64,000 nt of DNA. Origin: an uncultured delta proteobacterium (lineage in GTDB: Bacteria; Myxococcota_A; Polyangia; Haliangiales; Haliangiaceae). The stretch lies in contig CAWKDB010000004.1 of NCBI GenBank assembly GCA_963848295.1, forward strand, positions 64,001-128,000. The letters run 5' to 3'. The notes beneath the pieces are model-generated. The model worked only from the letters and a program-made list of their open reading frames with translations, was not told the origin of the DNA and searched no databases. The position numbers were made by a program, and so were the translations under genes. This document shows positions 9,444-18,370 of the stretch, piece after piece; the stretch's first letter is position 1, and every line of letters begins with the position of its first letter.

Positions 9444-9800
9444 ATGCTGGCAGCGGCCGACCGCGAGATCCGTCTTGGCATCTGGAAGATCCACATCCTT
9501 CATCACGCGGCGTCGCGCGAGGTGTGGGGCTTGTGGTTGCTCGAAGAGCTAGCGGAGCACGGCCACGAGCTCAGCCCGGGCACGCTGTATCCGGCGTTGG
9601 CGCGGATGGAGACGAATGGCTGGCTGCGCCGGCGCAAGACGAGCTCGCATCCGCGCGCGCGACAGGTCTATCGGATCACGCCGGCGGGCCGCGCGTTGCT
9701 GAAGACGCTGAAGCACGAGGTGGCCGAGCTCTATCGAGAGGTCGTGCTCGGCGAGGAGCCGGACCACGACGACGATCACCGCGCTGGTAACCGACGATGA
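9444..9800 (+). CDS. PadR-family transcriptional regulator
   Basis: IHILHHA..WGLWLLEEL..LSPGTLYPALARME..YRITPAGR. Confidence 0.9.
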   Translation: MLAAADREIRLGIWKIHILHHAASREVWGLWLLEELAEHGHELSPGTLYPALARMETNGWLRRRKTSSHPRARQVYRITPAGRALLKTLKHEVAELYREVVLGEEPDHDDDHRAGNRR

Positions 9801-10285
9801 CCCGGCCGGAGTGGATCGATCGCGTCCTCGGATCGCGCGCGCCGCGCGCCATCGCGCTCGTCCGGGCGGCGATCGGGTTCGTGTTTGTAACGGAGGGCAT
9901 CCTGAAGTTTCTCGACCCCGCCGCGTTTGGCGCGGGCCGATTCGCGAGGATCGGGATCCCGGCACCGGAGGTGATGGGGTCGTTCGTCGGCGTGGTCGAG
10001 ATCGCGGGGGGCGTCCTCGTCTCGCTCGGTCTGCTCACGCGACCTGCGGCGTTCGCGCTCGTGATCGACATGCTCGTCGCGATCGCGTCGACGAAGATAC
10101 CGATCCTGCTCGGCCAAGGGTTCCTCGGGTTCGCCGGTCCATCGGGAGCCTCTGGCTTCTGGCCGATGGCGCACGAGGCTCGGCTCGATCTCGCGATGCT
10201 GTTCGGGTGCGCGTGCCTGGTCGTGATCGGCGCCGGCCCGCTCTCATTCGACGCCCGGCTGTCCCGCCCGAGCGTCCGCCCCTAG
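9797..10285 (+). CDS. DoxX family membrane protein
   Basis: EGILKF, VEIAGG..LGLLTRPAA, IGAGPLSFD; ATGA overlap with padR. Confidence 0.88.
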   Translation: MTRPEWIDRVLGSRAPRAIALVRAAIGFVFVTEGILKFLDPAAFGAGRFARIGIPAPEVMGSFVGVVEIAGGVLVSLGLLTRPAAFALVIDMLVAIASTKIPILLGQGFLGFAGPSGASGFWPMAHEARLDLAMLFGCACLVVIGAGPLSFDARLSRPSVRP

Positions 10286-10509
10286 TCAGTACCGCTCGCG
10301 CTTTCAACGTCGCCGCGCTCGTGCTGCCGGGAGGGCCGACGCGACCGAGCTCGCGCAGCATCACGTGCAGCTCTTGCAGCCGGGCGATTTCATCCCGGAC
10401 ACCGAGATGCCTACCATGTCGGCGGCTTCTCTCGCGGCTCGGCCCTAGGCTGGCGGTGGTGTCGATCGCCGGTGCCGCCGCGAATGCGCGCGACAGGGAT
10501 CGCTCGCCC

Positions 10510-10650
10510 GGCTACCGCCTCATGGTCGGCGGCGACGCGGCGATCGTCGAGCGCATCGACCCGATCTTGCGGACGCTGGCACCGGGCGTCGCCGCCGCAC
10601 CGCGAACGCCCGGTCGCGACGGCGCCGAGACGACCGCCGAGCGCGGGTTA
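10510..10650 (+). pseudogene. Internal fragment of a decarboxylating 6-phosphogluconate dehydrogenase (gnd-like) gene
   Basis: GYRLMVGGDAAIVERIDPILRTLAPGVAAAPRTPGRDGAETTAERG resembles the middle of short-type Gnd; the N-terminal Rossmann start and C-terminal domain are absent. Confidence 0.65.
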
Positions 10651-10796
10651 TGTCTGTCGATGGACGGAACGGCGGCCAAGGCTATCGCCGAACAATTGAA
10701 GAACGCCGAGATAACAGCTTGATCATCGCTGATGGCGACGTAGCCGAATGACTGTTCGGTCGAATTCGTGTCACGGCAATGTTTCAAATGCTTTCA

Positions 10797-10825
10797 TTGA
10801 CTTGAGATGGCTACGATCGTATGGA
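10797..10825 (+). promoter_or_regulatory. sigma70-type promoter of the lipid-modification operon
   Basis: TTGACT-N17-TATGGA, 8 nt before ATG 10834. Confidence 0.55.
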
Positions 10826-10831
10826 TGTGCC

Positions 10832-10847
10832 GAATGAACGTTCATTC
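10832..10847. promoter_or_regulatory. TetR operator candidate overlapping the start codon
   Basis: Perfect 16-bp palindrome GAATGAACGTTCATTC; a 12/16 copy GAATGACTGTTCGGTC lies at 10746-10761. Confidence 0.75.
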
Positions 10848-11499
10848 CGGAAAGCGCCGAGCGACCGCCACCGCCGCCGAGACCCGCGGTCGCCAGGCGC
10901 ACGACGCCAAGCGCCGAGTTGTGCTGACCGCGGCGCTCGAGGCGTTCGCCGAACGCGGTTACTACGGAACGACCGTGCCCGACGTAGCAGCTGCTGCAGG
11001 CGTGGCGATCGGGACGCTCTATCACTACTTCGCGACCAAGGAGCGGCTCGTCAACGAGGTGTTCCGCGACGCCAAGCTCCGCATGCGCAGCGCACTGCTC
11101 GACGGCATCGCCGAGCCGGTGCTCGACAAACCGCAGGCGGTCGAGGCGTGGTTCTTCGAGATGTGGGGGCGGCTCGCCAGGTTCGTGCGCGCCGAGCCCG
11201 CCACGTTCCGGTTCCTCGAGATGCACGAGCACGTCGCGTACCTCGATCTCGAGAGCCGGCAGCACGAGCTCGCCACGGTCACGCCGATCTTCGCGGTGGT
11301 CCAGCGCGTCGCAGACCGCTCCGGCGGCGCGCGCGCCGACCTCATGGTCGCGCTGTCGTATGGCGCGTTCGTCGGGTTGTTCAGGGCCAGCCGGCACGGC
11401 TACGTGACACTCGACGACGCCAGCCTCACCGCCGCGGGCGCGATCGCGTGGCGGATGCTCGCGCCCGAGGCACTGCGCGCACTGGGAGAGCCGGAGTGA
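10834..11499 (+). CDS. TetR/AcrR family regulator
   Basis: AALEAFAERGYYGTTVPDVAAAAGVAIGTLYHYFATKERL HTH. Confidence 0.93.
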   Translation: MNVHSGKRRATATAAETRGRQAHDAKRRVVLTAALEAFAERGYYGTTVPDVAAAAGVAIGTLYHYFATKERLVNEVFRDAKLRMRSALLDGIAEPVLDKPQAVEAWFFEMWGRLARFVRAEPATFRFLEMHEHVAYLDLESRQHELATVTPIFAVVQRVADRSGGARADLMVALSYGAFVGLFRASRHGYVTLDDASLTAAGAIAWRMLAPEALRALGEPE

Positions 11500-12473
11500 C
11501 CGCCGCGACGCGCACCGGGCTGCTCCGCCATGCCGCCGATCGCCGCGCGGTCGGGCTCGCGCTCGCGCACGTCGCGCTGGTCGCCGCGACGCTCGCCGCG
11601 TATCGCGCGGGCTACCCACGCTGGCTGTTCGCCGCGGTCACGTTCCCGGTGCTGTCGGTATCGTCGTTCGTCCAGCTGATCTCGGTGCACAACGCGATGC
11701 ACTCGCCGGTGTTCGCGAAGAAGGCGCACAACCGGCTGTGGCAGTGCGCGTTGTCGATCTGTATCGGCTACCCGGTGAGCATCTACGTGCCGGTCCACAA
11801 CCTCAGCCACCACCTCGGGCTGCAGACCCCGCGCGACGTGCTGCGAACGACCGAGGTGCGCCACCGCTGGAACCTCGCAAATCTCGTCCACCACATGGCG
11901 ATGGGCACGCTCCACCTCCACCTGTTGCACTTCGCGTATCTCGCCGAGATGCGCAAGTCGCGGCCGAAGTGGCTCGGCCAGGCGGGCTGGGAGGCGCTCG
12001 CGGTCGCGCTCTATCTGACCGCGTGCGCGCTCGTCGTCGGGCCGCTCGCGATGCTGGTCCTCGTGTTCGTGCCGGCGATCGCGGGGCAGTGGTTGATGGT
12101 CGGCTTCGGCTACGTCCAGCACGACGGCTGCGATCACGACAGCGAGTACAACCACTCGCGCAATTTTCTGTCGCCACTTTTGAACTGGGTGATCTGCGAC
12201 AACGGCTATCACACCGCTCATCACAATCGGCCGGGCTTGCACTGGAGCCTCGGGCGAGCGGCGCATCGCGAGCGCGTCGTGCCTCACATGGATCCGGCGC
12301 TCGACGAGCCGTCGCTCGTCCTCTACATGTGGCGCACGTTCGTGTGGCCTGGCAAGCGCCTGCACTACGACGGCACGCGGGTCGTGCTTCCGGCGCAGCG
12401 CGCGCGGCGCGAGCTGTGGACGCCGCCGAGCGCGATCTCGACCGGCGCTTCGAGCGGCGCAGTGGACGGCTGA
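11496..12473 (+). CDS. Membrane fatty acid desaturase family protein, 325 aa
   Basis: His boxes HNAMH, HNLSHH, GYHTAHH; TM helices; GTGA overlap with tetR. Confidence 0.88.
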   Translation: MTAATRTGLLRHAADRRAVGLALAHVALVAATLAAYRAGYPRWLFAAVTFPVLSVSSFVQLISVHNAMHSPVFAKKAHNRLWQCALSICIGYPVSIYVPVHNLSHHLGLQTPRDVLRTTEVRHRWNLANLVHHMAMGTLHLHLLHFAYLAEMRKSRPKWLGQAGWEALAVALYLTACALVVGPLAMLVLVFVPAIAGQWLMVGFGYVQHDGCDHDSEYNHSRNFLSPLLNWVICDNGYHTAHHNRPGLHWSLGRAAHRERVVPHMDPALDEPSLVLYMWRTFVWPGKRLHYDGTRVVLPAQRARRELWTPPSAISTGASSGAVDG

Positions 12474-13768
12474 TGCGGACCTCGACGTCGATCGCGATCC
12501 TCGGCGCGGGTGCCTCGGGCCTCACGCTCGCACGCCGGCTCGCCGACCTCGGGTTCACGCGCGTCGTCCTGTTCGAACGCGCCGCCGAGGTCGGTGGCAA
12601 GTCGTGCACGGTCGACCTCGATGGCCGGCCTCACGATCTCGGCGCGACGATGGGTGTGCCGATCGACTATCGCGAGGTCGTCGAGCTTTCGACCGAGGCG
12701 AAGCTGGCGACCGCGCGGTTTCCGACCGAGCTGCACTTCGATCAGCGCGGCCGCGTGGTGCCGCCCGGGCCGCGTCGCGACCTGCCGCAGGTGCTCGCGC
12801 AGACTGCGAAGTACGTCGCGCTTCATCGCCGGACGTTCCGCGGCGAGCTGCACGAAGCCGATCGCGAGCTCGCCGAGCCGTGGAGTGACGTCGTCGCGCG
12901 CCACGGGCTCGAGCACGCGAGTCGCCGCATGCTGTGCTACCGCACCGGCTATGGCTATGGCTTCGACGACGAGGTCCCGGCCGCAATGTACGCGAGCTTG
13001 ATCCAGCCGCGCACGCTGCTCGGGCTCGCGACCGGTGCGCCATTCGTGTGGCAGGGTGGTACCCAGCCGATCTGGAAGGCGCTCGCCGCGAGGATCGCGT
13101 CGCGGGTCGAGATCCGCCGCGCGACTCCGGTCACGCGGATCTCGCGCGACGGCCATGGCGTGCGCGTGTGGACCGGCGCGCGCGTCGAGCCCTTCGATCG
13201 CCTCGTCATCACGTGCGATCCGAAGCACGCGCTCGGCGTGCTCGACGCGAACGCGACCGAGCAGCGCTGGTTCTCGCAGGTGCGCACGTACCCGTACGCG
13301 ACGTTCGCGTGCGAGGTCGAAGGCCTGAGCGAGGGCCGCGCGTCGGTCGGCTATCTCGACGCGAACATGCGGCGCGATCGCATGGGCCGGCCGATGGCGT
13401 GGGTCAAGCGCTACGCCGACCAAGACGTCTTCGTGTTTCACCTGTTCGCGCCCGACGCGATGCCGGATGCCGAGATCGCGCGGCGGATCGCGGGCGATGT
13501 CGCGCGCCTCGGCGGCCGGTTCGTCGCCATTCGCGCGTCGCGCCGCTGGTCGTTCTTTCCGCACTTCTCGTGCGACGCGGTGCGTGGCGGCGCGCTCACC
13601 GAGATCGATCGCTGGCAGGGTGAGCGGCGCACGTATCTCGCCGGCGAGGCCCTGTCGTTCGCGACGATGGCCCGCGTGGTCGAGCTCGCGACGAAGCTCG
13701 CGCATCGCATCGCGCGCGAGCGCGAAGGCGTGTCGACCGTCGTGCCCGCGGCGCAGGTGGCGTCATGA
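12473..13768 (+). CDS. FAD-dependent oxidoreductase, polyunsaturated fatty acid isomerase (PAI)-like, 431 aa
   Basis: IAILGAGASG..FER..VGGK FAD motif; GATMGVP, GYG..VPAA, WxGGTQ, FFPH and QG.R.TYLAGE.LSF recall the Cutibacterium acnes linoleate isomerase; TGATG overlap. Confidence 0.75.
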   Translation: MRTSTSIAILGAGASGLTLARRLADLGFTRVVLFERAAEVGGKSCTVDLDGRPHDLGATMGVPIDYREVVELSTEAKLATARFPTELHFDQRGRVVPPGPRRDLPQVLAQTAKYVALHRRTFRGELHEADRELAEPWSDVVARHGLEHASRRMLCYRTGYGYGFDDEVPAAMYASLIQPRTLLGLATGAPFVWQGGTQPIWKALAARIASRVEIRRATPVTRISRDGHGVRVWTGARVEPFDRLVITCDPKHALGVLDANATEQRWFSQVRTYPYATFACEVEGLSEGRASVGYLDANMRRDRMGRPMAWVKRYADQDVFVFHLFAPDAMPDAEIARRIAGDVARLGGRFVAIRASRRWSFFPHFSCDAVRGGALTEIDRWQGERRTYLAGEALSFATMARVVELATKLAHRIAREREGVSTVVPAAQVAS

Positions 13769-14997
13769 GCGAGGCCACTGCGACCCCGACGTTCACGCTG
13801 GCGGAAGTGCGCGAGCGCGGGCTGGTCGTCGTCGGCGACGACGTCTACGACATCACCAAGTTCGCCGCGAAACACCCCGGCGGCCCCGAGATCACGCAGC
13901 TGTGCGGCAGCGACGCGACGTTCCCGCTGATCAACGCACACGGCATCCGCGGCGAGTTGCCCAAGCTGCCCAAGAAGCTGCGCATCGGCACGATCGACCA
14001 CGCGACGCTCAAGCCCGCCGATCGCGACCTCCGCGCGATGTGGGCCGACTTCCGCGAGCGCGGGCTGTTCCGCTACAAGCCGTGGTGGTTCGCGCTCGAC
14101 CTCGTGCGCGGGCTCGGCTTCTTCCTGCTCGGCTGGCTCGTCATGGATCGCTCGCCGGTCGCGGCGTTCTTCGCGCTGCTCGTCGCGCGGCTCAACGTGA
14201 TGTGGTGGGTCCACGACGCCTGTCACGACTCGGTGTTCACCGATCGCAAGGTCGCGAAGCGCTGGGCGGAGTTCATGTCGCTGCTGTTCGTCGGCACGTC
14301 GGTGCTCGAGTACCAGTACGTGGTGCATCGCATGCACCACGGGTTTACGAACACGATCGGCGCCGATCAGGCGATCCAGACCGGCCCGGTCGTGTGGCAC
14401 GAGATGATGCGCGCGCGCACGAGCGACACGTTCGTGCCGGTGCAATCGATCTTCTGGTTCGCGGTCGTGCTGCCGCTGACGCTGCCGTACTTCATCTACA
14501 TCGGGTTTCGCCACTCGATCCGCGAGCGCGCCTACTGGACGATGCTCGGCGTCGTCGTGCGCTGGGGGATCGCGCTGTGGGTGTTCGACGATCACCTCGT
14601 GATGTTTCTCGGCTCGAGCATCTTGGCGGCGTACATCCTCGGGCTGACCGCGAGCCTCAACCACTTTCACCGGCCGATGTCGTCGCAGACCGACTGGAGC
14701 TTCGCGCGCTCGGTCACCTGCGTGACCCAGAACTTCGGCGGGCGCAACCGGGTCACGGGCTGGCTCGTCGGTGGCTTGTCGTTTCATATCGAGCATCACT
14801 TCTTCGCGACGATGCCACGCCGCAACTACCGCAAGATCGCGGCCGAGATCCGCGCGTACTGCGAGCGCCATCACCTCGCCTACGAGACCGTCTCGCTCGG
14901 CCACGCGGTCGCCACGCTGTGGCGCAAGCTCCGCCATCCGTACGACAACAACGTGCCGCCGAGCCGGCCGAGCATGGAGCTCCGCCGTGGCGGCTAG
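13765..14997 (+). CDS. Cytochrome b5-fused fatty acid desaturase, 410 aa
   Basis: VYDITKF..HPGG..G.DAT..H b5 domain; His boxes HDACH, HRMHH, HIEHH. Confidence 0.9.
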   Translation: MSEATATPTFTLAEVRERGLVVVGDDVYDITKFAAKHPGGPEITQLCGSDATFPLINAHGIRGELPKLPKKLRIGTIDHATLKPADRDLRAMWADFRERGLFRYKPWWFALDLVRGLGFFLLGWLVMDRSPVAAFFALLVARLNVMWWVHDACHDSVFTDRKVAKRWAEFMSLLFVGTSVLEYQYVVHRMHHGFTNTIGADQAIQTGPVVWHEMMRARTSDTFVPVQSIFWFAVVLPLTLPYFIYIGFRHSIRERAYWTMLGVVVRWGIALWVFDDHLVMFLGSSILAAYILGLTASLNHFHRPMSSQTDWSFARSVTCVTQNFGGRNRVTGWLVGGLSFHIEHHFFATMPRRNYRKIAAEIRAYCERHHLAYETVSLGHAVATLWRKLRHPYDNNVPPSRPSMELRRGG

Positions 14998-15745
14998 GCG
15001 CGGCCCGAATCGCGCCGACCTCGCACCGGCGCTCGTGATCACCGGGGGCGTCGCGCTCGCGTTGGTTCCGTTCGCGATCGCGCTTCCCGCGGCGGTGCTC
15101 GCCCCCGTGTGGCTGGCCTCGTTCGTCGCGCGCAGCATCGCACCCGTGCACCAGCACTGCCACGCGCACGCGAAGGTCTTCCGGAGCGCGGTGCTCGATG
15201 CGACGTACGACACGATCCTCATGCTCGCGGCCGGCAACACGACCGCGGTATGGGAGCTCCAGCACGTGCGCGGTCATCACCGCACGTACCTCGGCCGGGT
15301 CGGCGATCCCGCGAATAACGATCGGTTCGGCGGCGGTCGCGTGCGGTTCACGGTCCTCGGCGATGCGGCGTCGATCGCTGACTCGCTCCGCATCGCGCGG
15401 GGCGATCACAGCGCGCGCCGGCGCCTCGTCGCTCAGCTCGCGCTCCAGCTCGCCGTGATCGTGGCGCTCGCGATCGTCCACCCCGGTCTCGCGCTCGCGT
15501 TCTTCCTGGTGCCGTGGCTGCTCCTCCGCTGGGCCGTCTTCTGGTTCAGCTTCGCGCAACACGATTCCGTGCCCATGCACGACGTCTACAGCGGATCGGT
15601 GACTCGGTTTGGCTGGACCAACCGCATGTACCTGAACGTCGGCCATCACACCGCGCATCACGAGAAGCCGACGCTGCACTGGACGCAGCTGCCGGCGCGC
15701 ACCGACAAGATCGTGGAAAGGATCCCGGCGTCGTGCTTGCGCTGA
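14987..15745 (+). CDS. Membrane fatty acid desaturase family protein, 252 aa
   Basis: His boxes HQHCH, HVRGHH, GHHTAHH; GGAG SD before GTG 14987. Confidence 0.85.
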   Translation: MAARRGPNRADLAPALVITGGVALALVPFAIALPAAVLAPVWLASFVARSIAPVHQHCHAHAKVFRSAVLDATYDTILMLAAGNTTAVWELQHVRGHHRTYLGRVGDPANNDRFGGGRVRFTVLGDAASIADSLRIARGDHSARRRLVAQLALQLAVIVALAIVHPGLALAFFLVPWLLLRWAVFWFSFAQHDSVPMHDVYSGSVTRFGWTNRMYLNVGHHTAHHEKPTLHWTQLPARTDKIVERIPASCLR

Positions 15746-16923
15746 CCATCCGACCGTTCGAGCGGCTTGCCGAGCACACGGTGCGCCGCGCGTTCGAGAC
15801 CGCCGACATCGCGGTCGGCGGATCGCGTCCGTGGGACGTGCGGGTCCGCGCTCCGAGCTTCTACACGCGGCTCGCGCGTAATCCCGCGTTCCAGCTCGGC
15901 GACACGTACCTCGACGACCTGTGGGAATGCGACGCGATCGACGAGCTGCTCTACCGGTTGCTCGCGTCGGGCGTCGCGCGCGATAGCGAACGGCGCGGCA
16001 CATTCCATCTGCGTTCCGCGTGGGCGCGCCTGCGCAACCGGCAGTCGGTCGCGCGCGCGACCGACGTCGCGACCGCCCACTACGACCTCGACACCGAGCT
16101 GTACCGCCGGATGCTCGACGATTCGCTCACGTACACCTGCGCGTACTTCCGGTCGCCGACCGACGAGCTCGGAGCCGCCCAGCGCAACAAGCTCGCGATG
16201 GTGTGCGACAAGCTCGCGCTCCAGCCTGGCGAGACCCTGCTCGACATCGGCTGCGGGTTCGGCGGGCTCGCCGCGTTCGCAGCGCGCAATTACGGCGTGC
16301 ACGTCGTCGGGGTCACCAACTCGGTGCAGCATCATCGCGTCGCACGCGAGCGCTATGCCGACCTGCCGATCGAGTTCTTGCTGCTCGACTATCGCGAGCT
16401 GCCCGGCCTGCACCGCCGGTTCGACAAGATCGCGTCGATCGAGATGATCGAGGCGGTCGGTCCGAAGAACTTCGCGACGTTCATGGCGATCGCGCACGAC
16501 TGCCTCGCGCCCGACGGCCGATTCCTGTTGCAGTCGTTCATCTCCCCGACGAGCCGGTATGTGTGCAACGAGTGGTTCGATCGCTACATCTTTCCCAACG
16601 GCGTCTCGCCCTCGTTCGCGCAGCTCGCGCGCGCGACCCGGCGCAACTTCGGTGCGCCGCAGCACGTCGAGGACCTCGGCGCGCACTATTCGCCGACGCT
16701 GCTCGCATGGGATCGCAACCTCCGCGGCGCGTGGACGGACCTCGAGGCCGCGCTCGGCCGGCGGTACGACGCTCGGTTCCGCCGGATGTGGCACTTCTAT
16801 CTGACGTGCCTGGCCGGCGCATTCCGTGCCGAGGATCTCCGGCTGTGCCAGACCGTCTATGCGAACGAGCCGGTCGGCGAGCTGGCTCGGCTCGAGCCAA
16901 ATGCGGCTACGCCGGTTGGGTAA
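15733..16923 (+). CDS. cfa: Cyclopropane-fatty-acyl-phospholipid synthase family SAM methyltransferase
   Basis: HYDL, YTCAYF, LDIGCGFGG, DYR..FDKIASIEMIEAVG, YIFPNG, HYSPTL..W, RMWHFYL..C.GAF; N-terminal RPWDVRV region as in E. coli Cfa. Confidence 0.9.
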   Translation: MLALTIRPFERLAEHTVRRAFETADIAVGGSRPWDVRVRAPSFYTRLARNPAFQLGDTYLDDLWECDAIDELLYRLLASGVARDSERRGTFHLRSAWARLRNRQSVARATDVATAHYDLDTELYRRMLDDSLTYTCAYFRSPTDELGAAQRNKLAMVCDKLALQPGETLLDIGCGFGGLAAFAARNYGVHVVGVTNSVQHHRVARERYADLPIEFLLLDYRELPGLHRRFDKIASIEMIEAVGPKNFATFMAIAHDCLAPDGRFLLQSFISPTSRYVCNEWFDRYIFPNGVSPSFAQLARATRRNFGAPQHVEDLGAHYSPTLLAWDRNLRGAWTDLEAALGRRYDARFRRMWHFYLTCLAGAFRAEDLRLCQTVYANEPVGELARLEPNAATPVG

Positions 16924-18370
16924 GCGACGGTACGTCGCCGGTTCGCGCGAGCTCGGCGAACCAGCGCGCACTCGCTTTGGGCGTGCGACGCATCGTGGCT
17001 CGATCGACGTGCACGAGTCCGAAGCTGGCTTCGGGATGGTAGCCGTGCTCCCACTCGTAGTTGTCGAGAAACGTCCACGCGAAGTAGGCCTCGACGGGCA
17101 CGCTGGCGCGCACCGCCTTGAGGACGCGCTCGACGTGCTCGGTCAGATAGGCGATGCGGCGGTTGTCGGGCGTCATCGTGCCTGTGTCGTCGAACTTGGG
17201 CTTCTCCGCCATGCCATTCTCCGACACGTAGACGCGCTTGAGCCCGTAGCTACGATAGGCGTGCCAGACCTGGTGAAGCATGTCGTAGATCGCCGTCGGG
17301 TAGTACGGCGGGACAAAGATCGGCCAGCCCAGGTCGTTGGTCGGCGCGTCCTTGATCAGGCACGACCGATAACGCAGCTCGGCGCTCGGATCGTCTTCGA
17401 CCATGAGACCGTAGTAGTTGTTGATGCCGATGAAGTGGCAGCGAGCGCCGATCTTGATCTGGCGCATGTCGGCTTCCCCCACCGGCGGTAGGTGAGCGGC
17501 CATGAGCTCTGCGAGCTCGGCCGGGTACGTGCCGAGAAAGACCGGATCGAGGAACCACGCGTTGGACATCCCATCCGCGATCCGCGCAGCGCGCAGATCG
17601 TCCTCGCTCGAGGTCATCGCATAGCAAGGCATCGTGCTGAGCACCGGGCCGAGCCGAGCGTCGGGCCGGTGGCGCCAGACCTCCTCGGCCATCGCGCCGC
17701 CGGCGAGCAGGAGGTGATGCGCCGCCGCGAATGCGCGCGACAGCGATCTCTCGCCCGGCGCATGCACCCCTTGATGATATCCGAGGAAGGCGGCACACCA
17801 CGGTTCGTTGATCGTGAAGTACTCGTCGATCAGATCGCCTAACGAGTCTGCGACGACGGCGGCGTGTCGCGCGAGCAGATCGACGGTGTCGCGATTGGCC
17901 CAGCCGCCCGCATCTTGAGCGTACTGGGGCAGCTCCCAGTGATAGAGCGTCACGTAGGTGCGGATGCCGCGGTCGTGCAGACCGCCGAGGAATCGGCGAT
18001 ACCAGGCCAACGCGCGGTCGTTTGGACTTCCGTCACGGTGCAGGACGCGTGCGACCGACACCGAGGTGCGGAAGTGCCGGATCCCGAGGGTCGCGAGCAG
18101 GTCGAGATCCGCCTCCCAGCGGTGAAACCGATCGACTCCCGCGAGCGTCGAGTCGGCGTGGCGCGCCTCGGAGAACCGCAGCCACATCGATGGTTCTGAT
18201 CCCTCTTCGTCGAGGGTGTGGCGCTCGCCGATCACTTGCAGGTCAGAGTCACCGAGCCCGAACCGAAACCCGTCTGGAAACGCGGGGCGCATGGTCGGAG
18301 CGTAGTCCGACGCTGGCCATAGGGAAGCCAGTCGGGCGACGATCTCAGGACGCACGTAGTTGGCATTCAT
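16907..18370 (-). CDS. Glycoside hydrolase family 1 beta-glucosidase
   Basis: TLYHWELP, TINEP (acid/base), VSENG (nucleophile), DNYEW, FGLVHVD; start uncertain (18403/18370/18292); 3' end overlaps cfa by 17 nt. Confidence 0.9.
   Translation of the reverse strand: MNANYVRPEIVARLASLWPASDYAPTMRPAFPDGFRFGLGDSDLQVIGERHTLDEEGSEPSMWLRFSEARHADSTLAGVDRFHRWEADLDLLATLGIRHFRTSVSVARVLHRDGSPNDRALAWYRRFLGGLHDRGIRTYVTLYHWELPQYAQDAGGWANRDTVDLLARHAAVVADSLGDLIDEYFTINEPWCAAFLGYHQGVHAPGERSLSRAFAAAHHLLLAGGAMAEEVWRHRPDARLGPVLSTMPCYAMTSSEDDLRAARIADGMSNAWFLDPVFLGTYPAELAELMAAHLPPVGEADMRQIKIGARCHFIGINNYYGLMVEDDPSAELRYRSCLIKDAPTNDLGWPIFVPPYYPTAIYDMLHQVWHAYRSYGLKRVYVSENGMAEKPKFDDTGTMTPDNRRIAYLTEHVERVLKAVRASVPVEAYFAWTFLDNYEWEHGYHPEASFGLVHVDRATMRRTPKASARWFAELARTGDVPSLTQPA

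Noticed and set aside
11496..16923. Canonical polyyne or pfa-type PUFA synthase cluster
   Set aside because: No fatty acyl-AMP ligase, ACP, thioesterase, rubredoxin or KS domains in the operon
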